Shown: piece after piece, positions 53,656-64,000 of the stretch
How the letters are laid out: every line of letters begins with the position of its first letter
Position numbering within the stretch: position 1 is the stretch's first letter
Notes under the pieces: generated by a model
The model's input: only the letters and a program-made list of their open reading frames with translations
Told to the model about the DNA's origin: nothing
The model's database searches: none
Assembly: GCA_951406725.2 (NCBI GenBank)
Contig: OX597824.1
Coordinates: 87,296,001-87,360,000, forward strand
DNA from: Octopus vulgaris
Lineage: Eukaryota
Direction of reading: 5' to 3'
DNA length: 64,000 nt
Made by a program: the position numbers and the translations under genes

Positions 53656-54252
53656 CGAACGGATCCAGAAGTAAAAAAAATGATTGAGAAACACTCCCTT
53701 AGACAATCCTTCGCTAATTCTAATTGTGTATCAGTTTTCTTTCTACAAAAAGATGTTGCAAGCTCTTTGCTAAACGTTATCCTATTTCTGGAGAAAGGTG
53801 TGTTGTGAGTAGTTCTTTACTGACGACCCTTTTCACGGTACAATGTAGTTAAGTCAGAGAGAGAGAGAGAGAGATAGACAGACGGAGAAGAATGGAGAGA
53901 AGAGCTGGCTCAAGAGACGAGAATTGATTTTATTTATGAATGTGTGTGTGAGTGCGTGTGTGTATTTGCATGTAAATGTACAGATTTGACTGAGTATTAT
54001 ATGTGTGTGTGTGTGTACTTATGCATGTGTGTGTGTGAGTGTATGCGTGTGAATATATGAGCGCTTGTGTGTCATTGTGTTAGGGTCTCATACGTGAGAA
54101 GCATTGAGTTAAGCCAAAACAAAATGGACATTGGAGAGATTCGAACTCAGAACACAGTAACTCAGAACTATTTCTACAAGCCATTCTTTCCAACACGCAC
54201 AGACATACAGACACATACACTCAAACATGCACAAATACACACACTCACACAT

Positions 54253-54865
<613 letters not shown>

Positions 54866-55629
54866 TTTTGCATGTAAATGTACAGATTTGTCTGAGTATT
54901 ATATGTATGTGTGTCTGCTTGTGTGTGTGTGAGTCTGTGTGTGCGCACATGCATATGTGTGAGTGTATGCACATTTGTGTGTCATTGTGTTTGTGTCTCA
55001 TACGTGAGAAGCATTGAGTTAAGCCAAAACAAAGCAGCACAAAAATAATTGCCGGTTATTTTCCATAATTTCTGTTTGTAGTCTAATGACTAACCGTGAG
55101 GCCCCTCGCATCATGAACAATGACAGGGGTCAGCGAGGTGCAGCCAAACTTACTGCATTGTGTATTTATTTATTGACACCCGGTAAAGGGACAGAAAGAA
55201 AATGAATACATGTCACAGGCAGATTATTGACCTTCCAAACCATCCCTAAATATCTCAGTTGGGTGGAATGCAGACATGGCCACGAAGAGGAAGAGACAGA
55301 GAAAGATAGAGAGACAGAGAGAGATAGAGAGAGAGATAGAGATAGAAAGAGACAGAGAGAGTGAGAGACGTGCTTGTCTCAAGTGGAAGCCAATTAAGGA
55401 AGCTTAGTTGTCACAATGACGAGGTGTTGCAATCGCCAGCTGGACATGGTACGATGTTAGCTTCTCACCTCATGAGTCACAAGTTCATATCTCAACAATA
55501 ACCCCCTGCTGACTATATCTATGGTGTGTAATCATTGTCGCGAATCTTTTGTTTGTTTTTCCTTTTTGTTGTTTTCGTTGTTGTTGTTGTTTTCTGAGCT
55601 TGGCTAAATTAAGTTAACTTCAGATGATG

Positions 55630-55715
<86 letters not shown>

Positions 55716-55716
55716 A

Positions 55717-55807
<91 letters not shown>

Positions 55808-55959
55808 CAGGGATTGCAATGAAAGGCGAAAACGAAACGTGAAATATTTATTCACTTGATGTTCGTTATCCATTCGATGGGTGGCAGGCCATCTTTGATC
55901 TTTGCTGGTCTGGAGCGAGTGAATGGTGCCTCTGACTTGTGATCAACCCTATTGATTTT

Positions 55960-56632
55960 GAGGAGAGAAGAGGGAGGAGGAAGAGGAGAAAAGGAGAAGG
56001 AAGAGGAGAAGGAAGAAAAGAAGGAAGAGGAAAAGGAAGAGAAGGAGAAGGAAGAGAAGAAGGGAGAGAAGGAGAAGAAGGAAGAGGAGGAGAAGGAGAA
56101 GAAGGAAGAGAAGGAGAAGAAGGAAGAGAAGGAGAAGGATGAGGAGGAAGTGGAAGAGGAGGAAGCGGAAGAGAAGAAGGAAAAGAAGGAAGAGAAGGGG
56201 AAGGAAAAGAAGGAGAAGGAAGAGGAGGAAGCGGAAGAGAAAGAGAAGGAAAGGGAGGAGAAGGAAGAGAAGGAGAAGGAGAAGGAAGGGGAAGAGAAGA
56301 AGGAAGAGAAGGAGAAGGAAGAGGAAGATGAGAAGGGGAGGAGAAGGAAGAGAAGGAGAAGGAGAAGGAAGAGGAAGAGAAGAAGGAAGAGAAGGAGAAG
56401 GAAGAGGAAGAGGAAGATGAGAAGGGGAGGAGAAGGTGGAGGAAGAGGAAGTTGAGAGGAAAGAAGATAAGGAAGAAGAGAAGGAAGGGGAGGAGAAAAT
56501 GGAGGTGGAGGAAGAGGAGAATGAATAGGAGGAGGAGAAAGAGGGGGAAGAAGAAGAGCAGGGGAGGGGAGGAGGAGGAGAAGAAAAAGAAGAGGTGTAG
56601 AAGGAGGAGGGGAGAGGAAGTGAGGGAAGAAA
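55960..56632. repeat. Polypurine (GAA/GGA) tract
   Basis: ~670 bp, almost exclusively A/G. Confidence 0.95.
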
Positions 56633-56929
56633 CAAGGTTTTTGTTGTGACATTTATGCCTTTTGTTTATTTCCAAGGTGCAACAGTGAAGTCAAACAATT
56701 CTTTCTAATTTAAGTCCAAAGCAAGTAAATTATCAGACAAGGGAGTGAGTGAGTCTAATACATTGACCCCTGTATTTGACTGGTACTTTATATTATCCAC
56801 CCCTGACCCCCAAAAGATAAAAGACAAAATTAATCTTGGAGAGATTTTAGCTCAGATTGGAAAAATCTGGAATAAACACCACAAAGCATTTTGTCCAGTG
56901 CTCCAACGATTCTGCCAGTTCACAGCCAT

Positions 56930-57430
56930 AATTGACGCCCAGTGTTCCACGGGTACTTAATTTATTGACCCCGAAAGGATGAAAGGCAAAGTCGATCTCG
57001 GCGGAATTTGAACTCAGAACATAGCGACAGGCGAAATACCTATTTCTTTACTACCCACAAGGGGCTAAACCCAGAGAGGACAAACAAGGACAGACAAACG
57101 GATTAAGTCGATTATATCGACCCCAGTGCGTAACTGGTACTTATTTAGTCGACCTCGGCGGAATTTGAACTCAGAACATAGCGACAGATGAAATACCTAT
57201 TTCCTTACTACCCACAAGGGGCTACACACAGAGGGGACAAACAAGGACAGATAAACGGATTAAGTCGATTATATTGACCCCAGTGCGTAACTGGTACTTA
57301 TTTAATCGACCCCGAAAGGATGAAAGGCAAAGTCGACCTCGGCGGAATTTGAACTCAGAACGTAGTGGCAGGTGAAATACCGCTAAGCATTTCACTGGCA
57401 TGCTAACAATTCTGCCAGCTTGCTGCCTTG
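56930..57430 (-). mobile_element. SINE family B multimer
   Basis: Three head-to-tail units. Confidence 0.85.
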
Positions 57431-57997
57431 ATTCCACAGCCATAATGAAAACTAAAATATCTAAAATCCAATCCAAGCCACAAAATCTGCCCTCTGTGAG
57501 CTTAATATTTACTTTACAATCTCAAGCTGGCAGAACTGTTAGCACACTGAACAAAATGCTTAACAGCATTTCATCCACCTATATGTTCTGAGTTCAAACT
57601 CAACCAAGGTTAACTTTGTCTTTTGTCCATTTGGGGTTGATATAATAAGTACCAGTTGAGGACTGGGGTTGACTTACTTGATTCCCCTAAATTTTCTTTT
57701 TCCCAAAGCCAGGAACTTGTGTCTGTGTGAGTGTGTGTCTATATATTTTCTTATATTCTTTTATTCTTTTACATATTTCAGTCATTTGATTGTGACCATG
57801 CTGGAGCACCGCCTTTAGTTGAACAAATCGAGTGCAGGACTTATTCTTTGTAAGCCTAGTCACTTATTCTATCGGCCTCTTTTGCTGAACCGCTAAGTTA
57901 CAGAGATGTAAACATACCAACATCAATTGTCAAGCAATGGTGGGGGGAGACAAACACAGATACAAATACATGCACACACACATACACGCGAACACAC

Positions 57998-58032
<35 letters not shown>

Positions 58033-58128
58033 GGAGTAAACACATAAATGTGAAACAAGGTGGAAAAAAGAGTACTCAAATACCAGTGGTAGAGTAATAT
58101 GCTTTATTTAAAGCAGCACTAGCAAAAA

Positions 58129-58166
58129 CTGTCCGACGAACGGCAACGGGAAACTCAGAGTAACAG
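58129..58166 (+). ncRNA. Minimal hammerhead motif with U4C core change
   Basis: CTGT-CCGACGA-ACG(GCAA)CGG-GAAA-CTC(A)GAG-TA-ACAG, inside 20-bp inverted repeats. Confidence 0.6.
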
Positions 58167-58199
58167 GTTTTGTTGAATTTTCTGCTGCTTTAAATAAAG

Positions 58200-58228
<29 letters not shown>

Positions 58229-58230
<2 letters not shown>

Positions 58231-58412
58231 CATCCACCTTGCGAACGACACACCGGTCTCACGCCATTTCCGCTCCACCGGTCACTCCTTGCAACACCTA
58301 TCTGTGTTCGGTTTGTCCTTACACAGAGGCCATCCGGATTCCCGTTTGCACCGTGAACAGGAATTAATCTTCTCTCTTCGCTCTTATACGCCATTTGGTC
58401 TCAACTCTCCCC
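58229..58412 (+). pseudogene. Penelope-like element GIY-YIG endonuclease C-terminus
   Basis: DIHLANDTPVSRHFRSTGHSLQHLSVFGLSLHRGHPDSRLHREQELIFSLRSYTPFGLN matches the PVxxHF..H..R..E..I..L..P.GLN pattern of PLE endonucleases. Confidence 0.85.
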
Positions 58413-59292
58413 CCTCCTCATCTAACCCCCCTCTCCCCCTCCTCACCTATCCTTTCCCCCCGACCCCTACTTCTTCAGTCCTTCATCCTTTCACCCCTAC
58501 TCCCCTTCCCTTCTTCCCTCTTTCTCCCTCCCTCCTTCCCTCTTCCCCTTCCCTCTGCTCCCTCACTCCCTCACTCCCCTTCTCTCTCCCCCTCTCCCTC
58601 TTTCCTCCCCCTCCTCCCCTTCCTTCTCCCCCTCCTCTCTCTCCCCCATCCTCTCCTCCCCCTCTTCTTCCCCTCCCCTTCTCTCCCCTCTTCCCCCTCT
58701 CCCCCTCTTCTCCCCCTCTTCTCCTCACTACACCACACGACTTTACACATCACATCATATATGATGTGCCATACTAATACATACACCAACTAATACATAC
58801 TAATACGTACTAATACATACTAATACATACTAATACATACACCAACCCTATACATACACACGTCCAGACCCCTCATACGCACTTATACTCTCTCATACAC
58901 ACACACACACACTTATACATACTAATACGTACTAATACATACTAATACATACTAATACATACACCAACCCCATACATACGCACGTCCAGACCAATCCTAC
59001 GCACTAATACTCTCTCATACACACACACACACACACACACACACCTTATACATACTAATACATACACCAACCCTATACATACACACATCCAGACCCCTCC
59101 TACGCACTATTAGCTGGTCCTTCAACCCTATTATCAACCCTATTATCAACCCTATTATCTCCCCTTATTTCGCTCTCGCGTCTCATGTTTGATCTTTGAC
59201 CTCTGGCTGAAATCAGATCGCCATGTTGATTCGTTAGCCACTGCACGCATTTTTTTCTCTCCTTCTTTCTGTGTTTTTTTTCTCTCTGTGTA

Positions 59293-59330
59293 TCTTTCTG
59301 TTGAAGAGCGTAGGCTCGAAACGTTAAAGA
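59293..59330 (+). ncRNA. Minimal hammerhead-like motif, variant core
   Basis: TCTTT-CTGTTGA-A-GAGC(GTAG)GCTC-GAAA-CG-TT-AAAGA. Confidence 0.6.
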
Positions 59331-59427
59331 CTTGTTTTATTTATATTTCCTGAGCGCCATACTAATACAATTGTTCGTTTGTTTTCCACCTGCCTTCGTC
59401 TTTTGTCTATTTTCATAAAGCTTCCCG

Positions 59428-59469
<42 letters not shown>

Positions 59470-60253
59470 GTATATATAGTCCAAATTTACAGAAAACAAA
59501 AGACGAAGACAGGTAAAGGAACAACTAGCAGATCTATTAGTTTGATGCGCTCAGGAAGAATGGAAAAGTCTTTGATGTTTCAAGCCTATGATCTTTTGCA
59601 GAAAGGATCAGGAGGTAAAAAAAGGGAGAGAGAAAAAATGTGTAGAGATCAATGGGTGAATATGATGAAATATGTATATAGTATTGAAAGAATTTAAAGG
59701 TAAAATATATTCTCAAAGCTACAGATTTTCAGTGAGGGCATACAGCGAATACAGCACTTGTGTAGTACTTAGTTCAACAGCCACAGGAGGATGAAGAACA
59801 GGGAAAGTCGACTACTAATAGCATTAAACAATAATGGCAAATTTCAGAACTAATCATTAACAGCAAAGATCACACAGATATCTGTCTACTTTTTTTCCTT
59901 TGATGTTTTCTTATTAACTCCTTTGCCTTACCAATTTAATTTCCCATCTTTTAATATCCATTAAATATTCTTGAGAACAATTTTTTTTTGTAATTTTTCT
60001 TTTCATTTTGTTGTTCTCTTTGTTATTTCGTACCAGTATCTAAGTTTAGGTTCTGCCATATTTTTGTAAATGCCCTGTGTCTGACCTTGCTACAAGGCAT
60101 ATAAATAATCAATAAAAAAGTTTATATCTTGCTTCAATATATGTGCATACACGCATATATATATACCCACTTCTTCCTCTTTCCTTGGCTTTTTCTCTCT
60201 ATGTGTATATGAATAAATGCATTTATATGTATATAAATACATATATGCATATA

Positions 60254-60302
<49 letters not shown>

Positions 60303-60312
60303 GTATATATAC

Positions 60313-60360
<48 letters not shown>

Positions 60361-60370
60361 GTATATATAC

Positions 60371-60414
<44 letters not shown>

Positions 60415-60652
60415 GTATATATGTATGTATATATGTCTCTTTTAGTTTTTAATTATAATAAGTCTTCTATGTGTAGGTATGTACATGCGTGTTTACATGA
60501 ATACTATGAACTTTTTCTACCCCCTTACTTTTACTCCCTCCCCTCACTTAGCGGTCATTCAAATAGCTCTTTTCTCTTAATAATGGTCAAATCACACAGT
60601 AATTTCCCTTTCTATAACGGTCATTTTTTTCATAGCATTTTTCCGATGGCTG

Positions 60653-60713
60653 GATAACTGAAGAGATGGCGACATGGATTTCCACCTCAGCATCCGAAAC
60701 TCGGAGTTTTATC
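60653..60713 (+). ncRNA. Type I hammerhead ribozyme motif
   Basis: GATAA-CTGAAGA-GATG...CATC-C-GAAA-CTC(G)GAG-TT-TTATC: 5-bp stem I, palindromic stem III. Confidence 0.7.
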
Positions 60714-60748
60714 ATGGCTACCGAATAATTGTCACATATTACATTTAC

Positions 60749-60800
<52 letters not shown>

Positions 60801-61094
60801 CAATAAGTAACCATTCAATATGTGACCGCATGTGTATCATTGGCAATTCTTTTCCTCCATCTGTCTGTCTGTCAAACTGTCCAAGCATGCAAGGCAGACA
60901 CTAAACGACGGCGATGATGATGATGATGCTATATATGCATATATATATATATAAATGCAGGTATGTATATAATCTATCATTTTCTCCTTTTTTACTTTAT
61001 CATATCCAAACAAAACTGGCTTTTTTTGTGTGTTTTAGTCTCACACCAAGTCCATAACTGATTTTCATATCTTGGCCAGGACCTGTGCATTATT

Positions 61095-61307
61095 CTTTTC
61101 TACTCTAGCCATAAGGCCCAAAATTTTGGGGGAGGGTGCCAGTCGATTAGATCGATCCCAGTATGCAACTGGTACTTAATTTATCAACCCTTGAAAGTAT
61201 AAAAGGCCAAGTTGACCTCGGCAGAATTTGAACTCAGAACATAAAGACAGATGAAATACTGCTAAGCATTTCACCCAGCGTACTAACGATTCTGCCAGCT
61301 CGCCACC

Positions 61308-61351
<44 letters not shown>

Positions 61352-61963
61352 TATAACAATGACAACAACAACAACAGCAACAATAATATTAATAACAATA
61401 ATACTAGTAATCCTTTCTATTATAGGCACAAGGCCTGAAATTTTGGGGAAGGGGATGAGTTAATTACATCAACCCCAGTGCATAATTGGTACTTAATTTA
61501 TCAACCCCAAAATGATGAAAGGCTAAGACAACCTTGACGGAATTTGACCTCAGAACGTAAAGACAGATGAAATATCGCTAAGCATTTTACCCAGCATGCT
61601 AATGTCTCTGCCAGCTCACAACCTTATAAGATTAATATTTTTTTCTACTCTAGGCACAAAGCCTAAAATTTTGGGGGAAGGGGCCAGTTGATTAGATTGA
61701 TCCCAGTATGCAACTGGTACTTAATTTATCGACCCTGAAGGGATAAAAGACAAAGTTGACCTCAGAGGAATTTGAACTGAGAACATAAAGACAGACAAAA
61801 TACCACTAAGCATTTCGTCCAGTGTGCTAACATTTTTGCCAGCTTGCCATCTTGGTAGAATATAATTTTTCAGAAGTAAGTACTGGGGTCAATTTGCTCG
61901 ATCAACTAAAGGCGGTGCTCCAGCATGGCCACAGTCAAATGACTGAAAGTAAAAGAGTAAAAG

Positions 61964-61995
<32 letters not shown>

Positions 61996-62405
61996 TAATA
62001 ATAATAATCCTTTCTACTAAAAGTACAAGGCCTGAAATCTTGGGGGAGGTGATAAGTCAATGACATTGACCCCAGTGCGTAACTGGTACTTAATTTATCA
62101 ACCCCAAAAGGATGAAAGGCAAAGTCAACCTCAGCAGAATTTGAACTCAGAACGTAATGGCAGACGAAATACCTATTTTTTTACTACCCACAAGGGGCTA
62201 AACACAGAGAGGACAAACAAGGAGAGACAAATGAATTAAGTCGATTATATCGACCCCAGTGCGAAACTGGTACTTAATTTATCAACCCTTGAAAGTATAA
62301 AAGGCCAAGTTGACCTCGGCAGAATTTGAACTCAGAACATAAAGACAGACGAAATACTGCTAAGCATTTCACCCTGCATGCTAACATTTCCACCAGTTCC
62401 CCGCC
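61095..62405 (-). mobile_element. Cluster of five or more co-oriented SINE B copies separated by (AAT)n
   Basis: Repeated gaatttgaactcagaac...gctaagcatttc units. Confidence 0.85.
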
Positions 62406-62707
62406 TTGAGGACCTGTGCATCATTATTCTATAAATAAGTTGTAACTTCCACTGCAGTTTCCTTAGTGTTATGTTGTTCACACTGCCAATGCTATAAATA
62501 TAGATTTTCTTCGCCCCCTGCACTGCCCCTGTCTTTAAACATTACTGGAGCTTACTCTGTTCTGTCGAGTGATTTTCTATTGGTCTTACATTGATATCAG
62601 CAAGTCGTGATCAGTTTTATAGTCATTGATTTCTTTGATTTCGGAGACTTCTGCGCAGTTTCCTTACAGTTATTGATTCCTTGACCTTTTTTCCTTCTAA
62701 TAATCGC

Positions 62708-62950
62708 ACCATCGTCATTGGCAGCAGCGGCGTCATCATCATCATCATCATCCTCATCATCGTTGTCATCGTCAATGTTATTGTCTTCATCATTATCATC
62801 ATCAGCATCATCATCGTTGTCATCATCATCAACATCATCATTATCATCATCATCACCATCATTGTCACATCATCATCGTCATCATTATCATCATCATCTT
62901 CATCATCATTATCATCATCGTCATCATCATCATCATCATCATCATCATCG

Positions 62951-62982
<32 letters not shown>

Positions 62983-63255
62983 GTCATCATCATCACATTC
63001 ATCATCACTGTCGTCATCTTCATCATTATCATCATCGGCATCATCAGCGTTGTCATCATCGTCAACATCAACCAAGCCATCGTCATCATCATCACCATCA
63101 TCGTCATCATCATCATTGTCATCGTCATCATCATCATCATCATCATCATCATCGCCATCATTATCAATGTCACTGACTTCATTATCATCGTTGTCATCAT
63201 CATCCTTGCCATTATCATCGTTGTCGTCATCGTCATAATCATCATCATTATCGTT
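62708..63255. repeat. Degenerate (CAT)n microsatellite
   Basis: Directly visible. Confidence 0.95.
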
Positions 63256-63689
63256 TTAATGTCCACTTTTCTATGCTTGTATGCTTTGAAAGGAACGAAT
63301 GGCACTGCTTGTATAACAGTGACACTCGTTTACAACTATGTCAAGACAGGGAGATACACACACACATTCTCTTTTTCTTGTTTCAGTTGTTTGACTGCAA
63401 CCATGCTGGAGCACCACCTTCAAGGCTTTCAGCCAAATGATCGACCCCAGGACTTTTTTTTTTAAGCCTAGTACTTATTCTATCGTTCTCTTTTGCTGAA
63501 CTGCTCAGTTACGGAGACGTAAACACACCAGCACAAGTTGTCAAGTGGTGATGTGGGAAACAAAGACACACACAGACACACACACACACACAGACAGACA
63601 CACATACACACACACAGTCACACACACACGCATATACACATGTATAAATACATATATATATATAAATCAAAATGCAAATCAATATCAAA

Positions 63690-64000
63690 TCAAATCAAAT
63701 TAAATCACAGTCAAATGGAAATTGTAGTTGTGGCTGATGCCAGTGCCGCCTGACTGGCACCCGTGCTGGTGGCACACATTAAGCACCATTCATGCATGGG
63801 TCATTGCCAGTGGCATGTAAAAAGCACAAATCTGATCATGATCAATTCCATCCCACCCCAGCCCCGACTGGCTCCCGTGCCAGCAGCACATAAAAAGCCC
63901 CCACTATATTCTTGGAGTGTCTGGCATTAGGAAGGGAATCCAGCTGTAGAAACATTGTCAGATCAGACTGGAGCCTGGAGCAGCCTTCTGGCTTGCCAGT
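63690..64000 (+). mobile_element. Family C retroposon, cut by the window end
   Basis: ggcattaggaagggaatccagctgtagaaac motif. Confidence 0.75.

Larger units (their letters stand above)
58229..59650 (+). mobile_element. 5'-truncated Penelope-like retroelement with pseudo-LTR and inverted partial copy
   Basis: Endonuclease end, pyrimidine spacer, ~120-bp tandem repeats (58770-59110), HHR-bearing repeat (59215-59430), (TA)n, then an inverted diverged copy (59478-59650). Confidence 0.7.

Noticed and set aside
59720-59790. Possible further CUGUUGAA...GAAA motif on minus
   Set aside because: No credible stem II or stem I pairing.

Overview
AT-rich, repeat-saturated eukaryotic non-coding DNA. The SINE repertoire and microsatellite load suggest an octopod cephalopod, but this is recognition from memory, not a search result. 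No intact host gene is supportable, and almost all long ORFs in the track are microsatellite artefacts. The window holds four recurrent SINE-like families, fragments of CR1 and RTE LINEs, mariner transposons, a Helitron, a Helentron/DINE-like element, TTAA-flanked MITEs and a solo LTR. The mariners are a near-full-length pseudogene, an internally deleted copy and a double-left-end derivative. It also holds an intron-retaining tRNA-Lys-like SINE head. The most notable signal is about a dozen type I hammerhead-ribozyme (HHR) motifs from several unrelated repeat families, mostly with palindromic minimal stem III and often in fold-back arrangements. One family sits downstream of a Penelope-type GIY-YIG C-terminus and carries a recurrent non-canonical core (CUG-U-N-GA-A). 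Coordinates were read by eye, so repeat boundaries are approximate.
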